DNA of 64,000 nucleotides, taken from positions 12,467-76,466 of IMG/VR virus record IMGVR_UViG_2974594805_000001; one strand, written 5' to 3'. Under the pieces are notes generated by a model. It was not told where the DNA came from. It saw only the letters and a list, made by a program, of their open reading frames with translations, and searched no databases. The position numbers and the translations under genes are program-made. Shown here in pieces: positions 25,353 through 36,200 of this stretch; position 1 is the stretch's first letter, and each line of letters opens with the position of its first letter. The stretch is from a virus. Lineage: Duplodnaviria; Caudoviricetes.

Positions 25353-27540
25353 CTTCTATGATCGTTCTGTCATCGAAAATATACCGCACCACCCAGCAAT
25401 GGAAGAGTTGGTGGATCTCCTGTGTCACCGTACAGGCAACGTGAATCGTGATTTCTTTCAGGCCGAGGTAGCTTACTTCCTTGGCTTGATGCCCGCTGCA
25501 ATGCGGACAACGATCAACAGCCCTGAGCGTGGCAAGATCCCCATCAACATCTATTCGATTGCCTTGGCCACATCTGGCTTCGGTAAGGGTCACTCTGTCT
25601 CTCTGATGGAGCAGGTGCTGCAAGATTTTCGAGAAGACTACATGCACGGCAGCTTCTACCAGCTTGCTGAGCAGAATCTGTTCGACCTCGCTGTAGACAT
25701 TGCAGCAGCAAAGGGGGGTGACGAAGCCAAAGAAAAAGAGGCTCTCGACAACGACTTCAAAAAGCAGGGTCATGCACCGTTCATCTTTGACTCTGGTACT
25801 GGTCCTGCTGTGAAGCAGTTGCGGTACAAGCTCTTGCTCGCTGGAGCAGGCTCAATCAATTTCCAAATGGATGAGATCGGCTCCAATCTTCTGGGCAACA
25901 ACGAAGTGTTGAACGTGTTCCTCGAACTCTATGACCTTGGCAAGATCAAAGCCAAGCTCGTGAAGAACACCCCAGACAACGAACGTGGCATGGACATCGG
26001 TGGTATGACACCAGCCAACATGCTCATGTTCGGAACCAACAGCAAACTGTTCGACGGAGCCAAGGTGGAAGAAGAGTTTTACTCTATGCTTTCAACTGGT
26101 TACGCTCGACGTTGCTTCTTCGGGATCGGTAAATCCGAGACCAAATTCGCCACGGTGGATCCAGAGGACGTGTACAACGGTCTCGTGTCCAAGAATCAGA
26201 GCATCGCTCTGACCAAGTGGCGTACCTATTTCCAGAGGTTCGCTGACCCACGGTATCACAAGCTCGAACTCGACGTGCCGAAAGCTGTGGGTGTGGAACT
26301 GACTGCGTATCGTCTTCAGTGTGAAGCTGAGGCGAACGCCATGCCCGAGCATGAGGAAATCCGGAAAGCAGAACTCTCGCACAGGTACTTCAAATCCCTG
26401 AAACTGGCGGGTGTCTATGCATTCATCGACGAGTCGCCTGAAATTACCGACACTCACCTACGGCAAGCCATCAAGGTAGCCGAAGAGTCAGGTGCGTCGT
26501 TCCAGAAACTGCTGAAGCGGGAACGGAACTTCGTTCGATTGGCGAAGTACATTGCGGCTGCACCGGATAACCTCACTCACGCGGACCTCGTGGAAGACCT
26601 TCCGTATTACCCCACCTCTACGGTGGCACGGAAGGAGATGATGGACTTGGCTATGGCATGGGGCGTGAGCAATCACGTCGTCATCACCAAGAACGTCGTC
26701 CAGAGTGTGGAGTTCTTCAGTGGTTCAACACTGCAAGAGACTGATCTGAACAAGCTGATCTTCAGCATGTCAGACCACTTCGCATACGATTATGAACCTC
26801 AGCAGCGTAGCCTAGAGGACTTGGAGAAGCTGTTCAAAGCAGACGGACTCCACTGGGCAAACCATACGTTCGAAGGTGAGCATCGTTCGGAGGATAAGGT
26901 CGTTCCGGGCTTCAATATGATCGTCATCGACATCGACGGCGATATGTATGACAAGAACGGAAACCAGATCAAACATGCAATCCGTAAGGAGATGGTGCAT
27001 GATCTGCTGAAGGACTTCACCTTTGCCACATACACGACGAAGAGTCACACAGACGAAGAGCATCGGTTCCGACTGATCATCCCGACCAACTATGTCCTGC
27101 ATCTGGACAAGGATGATTACAAGGAATTCATGGACTCTTTTGCTCTGTGGCTTCCATTCGATTCGGATACTGCTGCAAACCAGCGTAGCCGGAAGTGGAG
27201 AACCAATCCTCTCGGAGAGGTTCACATCAACCGTGGCCCACAAGTCCTTGATGTCCTACCGTTTATTCCGAAAACCAAGGCCAACAATGAGTATGTTCAA
27301 CAGGTCGCAGATCTGGGGAATCTTGATGCTCTGGAGCGTTGGTTCTTGAACAACATGGACGTTGGGAATAGAAACAACCACCTGCTCAACTACGCAATGA
27401 TGCTGAAGGATGGGGGACTCCCATTCGATGAGGTAGAGGCGAAAACCCTCGATCTCAACAAGAGGTGTCACGCTCCGCTGAAGCAGGACGAACTCTACTC
27501 GACTGTCTTGAAGTCGGTTGGTTCGAAATACTCGACGTAA
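25345..27540 (+). CDS. N4-type DNA primase
   Basis: C-terminal primase-polymerase motifs (IVIDID, YTTKSH, RFRLI) and GNRNN..L.YA helical domain; start moved to ATG 25345 (AAGGAG RBS). Confidence 0.8.
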   Translation: MTDFYDRSVIENIPHHPAMEELVDLLCHRTGNVNRDFFQAEVAYFLGLMPAAMRTTINSPERGKIPINIYSIALATSGFGKGHSVSLMEQVLQDFREDYMHGSFYQLAEQNLFDLAVDIAAAKGGDEAKEKEALDNDFKKQGHAPFIFDSGTGPAVKQLRYKLLLAGAGSINFQMDEIGSNLLGNNEVLNVFLELYDLGKIKAKLVKNTPDNERGMDIGGMTPANMLMFGTNSKLFDGAKVEEEFYSMLSTGYARRCFFGIGKSETKFATVDPEDVYNGLVSKNQSIALTKWRTYFQRFADPRYHKLELDVPKAVGVELTAYRLQCEAEANAMPEHEEIRKAELSHRYFKSLKLAGVYAFIDESPEITDTHLRQAIKVAEESGASFQKLLKRERNFVRLAKYIAAAPDNLTHADLVEDLPYYPTSTVARKEMMDLAMAWGVSNHVVITKNVVQSVEFFSGSTLQETDLNKLIFSMSDHFAYDYEPQQRSLEDLEKLFKADGLHWANHTFEGEHRSEDKVVPGFNMIVIDIDGDMYDKNGNQIKHAIRKEMVHDLLKDFTFATYTTKSHTDEEHRFRLIIPTNYVLHLDKDDYKEFMDSFALWLPFDSDTAANQRSRKWRTNPLGEVHINRGPQVLDVLPFIPKTKANNEYVQQVADLGNLDALERWFLNNMDVGNRNNHLLNYAMMLKDGGLPFDEVEAKTLDLNKRCHAPLKQDELYSTVLKSVGSKYST

Positions 27541-27549
27541 GGAGAAACC

Positions 27550-28284
27550 ATGACAGACATCAATCCTCACAGCCTCCTGATCTGTGGTGAGTCAGGGGCA
27601 GGTAAATCCATGTCCCTGTACGAACTGCGTGATCGCACGGATGTGCTGTACTTCAACTGCGAGGGTGGTAAACCACTGCCCTTCAAAAACAAGTTCAAGA
27701 ACAAGGTGATCTCTGATCCTGAAGATATCATCGACATGCTCGAAGAGCTTGCAGAGATGGGTTCTGATAACCCGTTCAACTTCATCGTCATCGACACCAT
27801 CAGTTTCATGATGGACATGTATGAGACCGTCCATGTGCTGGGAGCACGGGACACACAAAAGATGTGGGGTCTCTACGGTCAGTTCTTCAAACGGCTGATC
27901 AACGTGTCGTCGAAGGTCGATGGGTTCTTCATCTACCTTGGCCACCTTGACCGTTATCTGGACGAGGAAGCAGGGATGATGCGTACCAGCGTGCCTGTGA
28001 AGGGTGCTCTGGCCAAGAAGGGCTTGGAAGCCTACTTCACCACAGTGATCAACGTCAGCAAGATGACCGTCAAGGATCTCCAGAAGACTCCGAATGACAT
28101 GCTGAACATCACTGAGGATGATGAAGAGCTTGGTTTCAAGCACGTCTTCCAGACCCGAACCACCAAGAAAACAATTGGTGATCGGATCCGCTCTCCCATG
28201 GGGATGTGGAAGAAAGAGGAGTTGTACATCGACAATGACATCGCTCCTGTCATCAAACGCATGATCGAATACTACGAAGAGTAA
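27550..28284 (+). CDS. AAA ATPase (Sak4-like, N4 gp44-like)
   Basis: GESGAGKS Walker A, IVIDTIS Walker B; lies between primase and SSB. Confidence 0.8.
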   Translation: MTDINPHSLLICGESGAGKSMSLYELRDRTDVLYFNCEGGKPLPFKNKFKNKVISDPEDIIDMLEELAEMGSDNPFNFIVIDTISFMMDMYETVHVLGARDTQKMWGLYGQFFKRLINVSSKVDGFFIYLGHLDRYLDEEAGMMRTSVPVKGALAKKGLEAYFTTVINVSKMTVKDLQKTPNDMLNITEDDEELGFKHVFQTRTTKKTIGDRIRSPMGMWKKEELYIDNDIAPVIKRMIEYYEE

Positions 28285-28340
28285 CTTTGCTTTCGTGGTC
28301 TTTGACCAATGATAACCTCATGAAACAGAAGGAAAAACTC

Positions 28341-29153
28341 ATGGGAAACATTTTCGCAAACAAGAAGCCTGTTGCAACCGAGAAAGTCGAAGACGACTAC
28401 ATCGGTGGCGGTGGCACGCTTGAGACGGACATCTACCCTGCTGAGATTAAATACGCCTACATCGGCAAGTCTCAGCGTTCCGATGCACGCTCTCTGAACC
28501 TGTCCCTGAAGATCGGGAACAGTGAACAGAACCACACCATCTGGATGACCAATGGCAAAGGTGAAGTCACGTACAAGGACAAGAAGTCTGGTGAAGAAAA
28601 GAACCTTCCCGGCTTCAACCAAGTGAACTCGCTGGCCATGCTCCTGCTCTCGAAAGAGGTGGGTGATCTGGACGTGGAAGAGAAGGTGATCAACCTCTAC
28701 GACTACGAGTCGAAGAAAGAGATCCCTCAGTCTGTGGAATGCTTCACGGAACTGCATGGTGAGAAACTGCAAGTGGCTCTCCAGAAGCAGATCGTGGACA
28801 AGACACAAAAGAACGAGAACACTGGCGAATACGATCCGACCGGTGAAACTCGTGAAACCAACGAGATCATCAAGTTCTTCCCTGAAGATCTTGCAGTGAC
28901 GATCTCTGAGGTGGCTCACTACGTCGAGAGCCTCGGTGGGGACTTCGACGACGTGCTGGGTGACGGTGATCTGGGCAAAGCCATCGGTCAAATGAGCGAA
29001 GAAAACGCTCAGTATGCGACCAAGTGGCTGGACAAGAACCGTGGCCAGACGTGGGATCGTTCGACCAAAACTGAGGGCAAGTCCTTCGGTGGCGGCAAAG
29101 CCAAATCGGAAGGTGGATCCGAGAAGAAGAAATCGTCCCTGTTTGACGATTGA
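28341..29153 (+). CDS. ssb: N4-type single-stranded DNA-binding protein
   Basis: Synteny with N4-like phages; Gly/Lys-rich flexible tail ending KKKSSLFDD; start moved to ATG 28341. Confidence 0.8.
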   Translation: MGNIFANKKPVATEKVEDDYIGGGGTLETDIYPAEIKYAYIGKSQRSDARSLNLSLKIGNSEQNHTIWMTNGKGEVTYKDKKSGEEKNLPGFNQVNSLAMLLLSKEVGDLDVEEKVINLYDYESKKEIPQSVECFTELHGEKLQVALQKQIVDKTQKNENTGEYDPTGETRETNEIIKFFPEDLAVTISEVAHYVESLGGDFDDVLGDGDLGKAIGQMSEENAQYATKWLDKNRGQTWDRSTKTEGKSFGGGKAKSEGGSEKKKSSLFDD

Positions 29154-30076
29154 TCCTCACGGACCTTCTGAATGATGAGGTAAGGGAGTCGTACCAAGTG
29201 CGACTCCCAACCTATGTTGCGGTTTCAAAGTCAACGACAAAGGCTTGTAATCTCAACACTTATCGGAATCTTCATCATCACCATCTGAACTCGCAAAAGA
29301 AAAACTTTGAAGAAGAGGTAGCCCCGTTACTTCGGGATAAGCCTACAGCAGAGAAGGTCTGGATCCACTACGAGATCTTCGCACCGAGGAACGGGCGACT
29401 CGACACCATGAATGTCGGGTCCATCGTGGATAAGTATTTCAGCGATACGCTGGTCAATCAGGGAAAGCTACCGGATGATAATTATGATCACATCATCCTG
29501 TCCTCTTTCTCTTTCGGTGGTGTCTGTCGAATGGACGGTCACGCCATCGCAACTGTGAACATTCTAACCAAGGAGAAAACCGACATGCGGATTCTGCTCG
29601 ATGAGAGCGACATCCAGAATGCTCTGAACGCCTACGTAAAGACCCTGCAACTGCCTAACGCAGAACAAGCAGAGGTCGAAATCACTGTCACTGACGACGG
29701 TGAGATCGAGGCTGAGGTCATCATGGGTGAAGCCAAACCAAAGAACAAAGGTGGTCGGCCTCGTGGTTCCAAGACCCGGAAACCTACTCCCAAGAAAGAG
29801 GAGGTGACTGCCGATGTGGAAGAAACTGCTTCTGGCAGCGACGAAGGAGATAGCACTGACTCTGATTCAGGAGGAAGTGCAGCACCGGAGACAACTGCTG
29901 ACGAAGGAGAGAAAGAATCTCCGAAAGCAGGTGGCAAGGGAAACCTCTTCGGGGACTCCGACGGAGAGGCATCCTCGGACTCCCCGACCACGACTGAAGA
30001 CGAAGCCAAGGAAGAAGACGGTGGTCAGAAGAAGACCGTCGTGAAGAAGAAGTCGAGCATCTTCGATGTTGACTAA
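29150..30076 (+). CDS. RusA-like resolvase domain fused in frame to an acidic low-complexity protein
   Basis: RLDTMNVGSIVDKYFSDTL...LPDDN resembles the RusA catalytic Asp pattern; internal AAGGAG plus ATG at 29585 begins the acidic half. Confidence 0.6.
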   Translation: MILTDLLNDEVRESYQVRLPTYVAVSKSTTKACNLNTYRNLHHHHLNSQKKNFEEEVAPLLRDKPTAEKVWIHYEIFAPRNGRLDTMNVGSIVDKYFSDTLVNQGKLPDDNYDHIILSSFSFGGVCRMDGHAIATVNILTKEKTDMRILLDESDIQNALNAYVKTLQLPNAEQAEVEITVTDDGEIEAEVIMGEAKPKNKGGRPRGSKTRKPTPKKEEVTADVEETASGSDEGDSTDSDSGGSAAPETTADEGEKESPKAGGKGNLFGDSDGEASSDSPTTTEDEAKEEDGGQKKTVVKKKSSIFDVD

Positions 30077-30293
30077 ATTCTTTGGAACATTGATCGGAAC
30101 GATGGGTGTAATCCTCGCCCTGATCATCGTCGCAATCATTGGAGTAGCCGCTGTCTTTATCGGCTACTTCCTGTTGTGGGGCTTCATCGGTCTCTGCATG
30201 ATCGGATTCATCTGGTTCCTGATCTGGGCTGCAATCGACGAATGGAAACAACGTCCTCGTCGAAAGCATGACCCAGATGATCCCGGACCTTAA
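30066..30293 (+). CDS. Small membrane protein
   Basis: Long hydrophobic segment; its stop overlaps the vRNAP stop (TTAA at 30290-30293). Confidence 0.7.
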   Translation: MLTKFFGTLIGTMGVILALIIVAIIGVAAVFIGYFLLWGFIGLCMIGFIWFLIWAAIDEWKQRPRRKHDPDDPGP

Positions 30294-33200
30294 TCCGACA
30301 TCAGGTTTACCCACGGGTTGAGTTCAGGTGCTCCCCAAAGCATCTCATAACCCGTGGCGTAATCCATCCGACCCTCACCGATCACAGTGAAGATGTTATC
30401 CTGAATAGGAGAACCAGTATCTGTGATCGAGTTCAGGGCCATGGCACGGAACGGGTTGTTACGCATCTGCTTTGCAGCAATCTTGGCAATCCGGATCTTG
30501 AAAGCCATGAACCAAGAAAGACCATTACGCTCAAGCATAGAGCGTGTACGACCGGGCAGAGCACTGAAGTTCACAAACTCTTCGTTCATGACACGAATGG
30601 CTGCCACAGGGTCCAGACCCTGATCTAACAAGTGATCGTAGTAGATTGATTTCGCAAGGAAATCCCCATACTGCGTAGCCCGGTTAGCAGCCCGATAGAG
30701 ATCTGTGGACTTACTCACCATACCAATCTTCGCAATGTTACCCAGAGTGTCTGGGAGTTGATCAGCCTTGCTTTCCAGCCAGTCTGCAAGACCACCATTG
30801 GTCTGAGCACGATCAAGATCAGTGATACCTTCTGACAGTTGCTTGTACGCACCAGCAGCGATCATCGGAGCAATGGACATCTTCGCATTCAGATCATTGA
30901 TCACTTGGATCTTGTCGTCGATCAGACGCTGACGACGAGGATCCTGTGTCATACGACGCTGGTTCTCAAGCTCCTTGAGTTTCACATCGTTCTTGTTGAA
31001 CTCGGTGATCTCAGCCAGCTTCTTCCGATAGCCCTGAACAATCTTCTTGTTCGGGACACCATTGGTGGACAACTGGATGATGTTGGCTTGGGTGTTAGCC
31101 ACCGGAACCACGAGAGACTTCACAACAATGATGTCCTTGGCATCGGATACGATACCTTGGAAACCCTGTTCAGCCTGCACCATGAGAGTACGCAGAGACT
31201 TCTGTCCAAACTGCTGCCGTGTGACAGCCTGAACGGTCTTCACAAGCTCTTTAGGCATCCGGGTCTTACCGGTCCAGAGATCAGCCACAGACGCCTCACG
31301 GTAGCCTACGCTGAGGTTTACCATGGATTCCATGATCATTGGTCCCTGACCATCAAACTTGCTGTCCATGTAGCTCTTGATCTCATGAGGGATCAGCTTG
31401 AACGACTCTTTGTAGATCGGATCAGTGGTGGTTTTCAGGTTCACAAACTGATCATCAGTTCCAGTCTCCCGGTTCTGCCACATCTCATCGAGCTTATCGA
31501 CCAGAGCACGGTTGTATTCGTAGGCCAGAGACTCTTCCACCTGACGACCAGCCCATGCACCAAGGTTCGTAGCGAGGTTCTCGTCACGTCCCAGCAGAGC
31601 CTCAGACAGCACAGGATTCACAGACCGTTCAAAGCCTACGATGGCACCCTCACCATCAAACACAGGCATGAGAGTCTCGTTCGGATCCTCCAGTTCATAG
31701 GAATCCAGCACCAGTTCCTCAGCCACTTGGTTCACCACATCCTCACCAGAGATGAAACCAACAGCATCTCCAGTCACTGTGAGGCCCGTGTTTACGTCTA
31801 CCCCACGATAGGTGGACGACACGTTCTGCATCACACCCTGAGAGTATGCACCCTGCTGGGAGATATTGGTGACGTAGTAGGAGCGAGGGAAGGCGTTGTT
31901 CACATCACCAGTGAACGGAGCAACCTTCTTGTATCCACGATGCAGCATATCCTCTTCCATGGAGTCCTCAGCCACTACGATACGATGGTTCTCTCGTCCC
32001 ACATTGGGCAGATATCCTTTGTAACCGTTCAGACGTGCAGCTTCTCCGACAGCTTTAGCGTCTTCCTGCTGGTTCAGATACTGCATGTAAGCGATCATCG
32101 GACGGATACCGTCAGCATCGTTCTGCCACAGTTGTACGGTAATTTCCCGTACATCAGCATCCATCGTGTCGATGGCATACATTGTGATCAGTTCATCAAT
32201 CCATTCGACAACCTGATCAGAAACATCACCTTCGAGGTTCTTGGCGATGGCATATGCATTGCGAACCAACAGCTTACCGACAGACTTCTTGTTCATGAAG
32301 TCAGCCAGTTGCTGGGCTTTCTCTTTCATGTCGTTAAAGTTCGACGGAGACAGCACACCCTGAAGCTGGTTCTCAAGGATCGAGATCTGACGACGACGTG
32401 CAGCACCTTCTTCCAGCATCTGTAGAGACGGCTGAAGGTTGTTCACATCGACATACCGGGTGAAGTCAGTGTTCCCCAGTGTACGCTGCATAGACGCCCA
32501 CTGCTCAGGGACAGGAGCTTCCCGGAATTGACGATTGAAGATACCCGGAAGCTGTTCCCGGTAGCCCTGACGCATACCAGTGACCTTAGCGTTCACCACG
32601 TCCATCATGGCCACGACTTCTTCATTGTCTTTGTTGGTTCCCACGAATTCGTCCACCAGTTCACGGACAGGAACCATAGACAAGATCGGAATACCTGCAT
32701 GAGCAGCACGTTGTGCAGCCTGACCAGTCAGTGCAGTACCAGTATCGTCGAGGAAGTTCGTGATGAATGTCACAGACGACGTAAGGTATTGTTTCATCGA
32801 GCCTTCTTGCTCGGCTTTCACCTGAGCATCAATGTTCCGCATACCTACGGCAGCCTTCTCGAAGCGATTAGAGATCAGGTTATCTGCTGCATCCAGAGTC
32901 TTGGTGACTCCACGGAGCACTGCATATTCCTTCTCGTTGTTGGCTTCGATCAAGGTCTGCTTGAGACCATCAAGAACCTCTTGAGGAGCACCATCTTGGA
33001 TCGACCCCATGAGTTTGCTCATGAAGATCTGAGTTCCACGATGCAGATAGCTGTTCAAAGTCCCAGTTACCTGCTGAGTTTCAGGCTCAGGAATCTGTGC
33101 CACAACATCCCGAAACTTCTGAGAAGTCTGCTGAAGAGCAAACATCACAGCCACAGCGTCAGAAGTATCACCCCGTTTGAAACTACCAAACGAGTTGATC

Positions 33201-36200
33201 ACAGCAGAGTATTCGTTACCGGCTTCTGAACCAGAACCAAACATCTCAGGAGTCATGTTCTCTTCGACATGCTGGAATACTTTTGTCAGTGCAATCAAAG
33301 AGTTCGGATCGAGAGTCATCTCAGACTTCATGATACCGTAGATGGCACGGAAGGTCTGACGATCTTCAGGATTACGAAGCATCCCAGCCTGACGAAGACT
33401 GTCGATCACAGCATCTGCATTCAGGATATCCTGTGCAGTGTCACGACGACGACGTGTACCGGTAGCATCATCTCCCAGTCCGTCGATGTATCCAACCAGC
33501 TTCTCGATCCAGTAGTTCGTGTAGTTGTTGGACATTGGGGTCAGATCCCCACCGTCTCCAGAACCACCATCACCATTGCCACCACCTCCAGTCACATCAT
33601 CCAACGGAGGATCAATGATGATCTTGGTGTTGAATGCAGTCTGAGTGAACATATCCCGAGAAACCCCACCCATCAGACGACGCATCAGAGCAATCAGTTT
33701 CTCACCGATTGCCTGAAGAGGTGTGGTTTTCTCAGCCTTACGACGGACCTGAGAGTTTGCCAGCACGTAAGCCATGAATTCATTCACAGCCATAGCCTGA
33801 CGTGTCGGATCTGTCTGATTGACATGCCGTAGTATGGCAGCCTGAGCATCACGCACAGTCTGTCCACCATCCTCAATCTTGAGGAAGTCACGCATCAGGG
33901 ACTCCATACGAGTCACAGCAGCCTGACGATCTCCATTGTAGTGGTTCTCTACACGTTTGAACGTAGCAGCATGAACCATCTCATGAAGCACAGTCTCAGG
34001 CTTGTCCGTCGTCAGATACACGATGTCATTCACATGATCGTATGCACCATTGGCATCGGTCATGATTGCACCGTTGTCTGGGTTGTTCTGTGTTTGCCAG
34101 TCACGGATTTGATCCACAGTCCCCAGCACCACACGAGTCTCATCAGACAGACCCGGCATGATGATATCCAGAACCTGTTTCTGTTTGGCGGTAAACCGCA
34201 GAGATTTCAGGAATGCATCTGCTTTGGTTTCGAATACCTCAGCACGAACATCTTCCTGTACCTCTGCGGGTTTACCTTCCATCTCACGCGCAATCAGGAC
34301 ATTGAGTTCTGTGAAGCCAACTTCACGACCTTCACGAGTGTAACCGACATCGGAGCCACCCATCTGATCGACGGATGCAGCTACAGTCTTGAAGACAGCC
34401 TTTCTTGCTTTGTTGGCAGCCAGTCTCTGATCCAATTGTACCATCAGATCGGCTACATTCGAGGCGGTGACTGAAGATTTTTTGTTTTTGTCCATAACCT
34501 TTTGATATGCTTGAGAAAGAATATCAGCATCGACATCCGAGTTGATGAAACCACGGAAGTTTTCCACAGCCATAGACATCACATCACGCTGCCAAGTCTG
34601 TGATACAGCTTGGTTCACACGAGGTGCATAGTCTTGGATCTTGGACAGAGGAATATCCAAACCATCGAAGATCCCCAGTACGTCGTCAGGTGCTCCCTCT
34701 GTGCCGAAGATGTAGTTCATCATCATGGCGTCGCCTGAACCAATCACAGAGAATGGGATAGACCGAACACCCACGTCGTCAGGAAGACGCATGTAAGCGA
34801 AGTCATTGATCTGCTCATCGAAGTTTGACGATGTACGGATCAGACCACGACCTTTCTGGAAACCACCAATCGCAAGAGTCTGGTCATCTGACACGAACAA
34901 GGGGGCCATCTGACCCAGTTCAAGCTCAAGCTCCCGGAAATACTTCCGTGGGATCTGAGACAGATTCTTTTTACTCTTGATGATACCTTCGTTTTCGAGC
35001 CGTTCAGCCAGTTCATTGAGACGAATCTCGTAGATGTCACGCAGATACTGAGACTGAACGTTTGTCGAGAAAACCATCAGATCATTGAATTCATTGATCT
35101 TTTCACCGATCACCTGCTGAGTTGCCTCAGTCAGAGTGTCACCAATAGTGTACTGGATCCGGGTCCGGAATTTCTTGATCGACTCTTTATCGAAGACCTT
35201 CGAACGGGACGGCTTATCGTCAATGATAAGACCCATGGTTTCCATGTCTTTCTTGAAACCCGGATAGAAGTATTCGTCCACAGGTACTTCCGGAGGACGT
35301 TTCTGCATCTCTTCGTAGAACTTCAGCATCATGTCATCTGCCACACCGACAGCAACACCACGAACACCAGAGCCATAGTTCACCTTGGTCATTGGGTTCT
35401 TAGAAGAGTTACGGCTCATGGTAATGACACCAGACTCTTCGTCGATATCGAAGTTCCCGATAGTCGCAGCCAGACGCACAGCAGCACCACGCTGCTCTTG
35501 CTGCCATGGTTCCAGACCTTTCATGTTGCCCAGCATCTTGTCACCCAGACGAGACACGGTTTCATACATGTCAAGTGAACCAGCTTTCGCATAGTATTTG
35601 TTGACGGTTTCACCCATCTTCCCAATGAAGAAACCCACTTTCTGGAAGTTGGAATAGTCTTCCGGAGTCAGTTCACCCTGACCGAAGTTCACCATCATGT
35701 TGGCAACACCATTGGTCAAACCATCAAGCTCAAAGCTCAGGCTTGTATCAAAGGTTGATGCACCATCTTCCACTGCCATCTCAAGCTGAGCGACAGCGAT
35801 GATTGCTTTCAGTTGCTGAGGTTCGATCACTCCAGTCGTTTCGAACAGAGCATCTTGATCTACTTCTCCAGATCGAATCAGGTTTTTGATATGCGGAACT
35901 GCATCACCAAACTTGGCATAGAACTTCTCAGACGCATTGGCGATGATGTCTGCGTGTGAGAGTTTCTCAGCCTTGTTGATGCCACCGATGTCAGATGCCT
36001 GACCCACAGCGATCCAGAAGTTATCCAGATCAGTCACGTCCACAGTGCTCCATGTAGGAGCCACGACAGCACGCATGACTTTGTTGGACTGGGGGTTTGG
36101 TCCCTGAGCCTGATGACGACCCACCTTGGTGATACCATAGGGGAAATACACAGGCATACGGTTGCTGGGATTACCAGCAGCAGACAGGAGAGCCTGAGTC

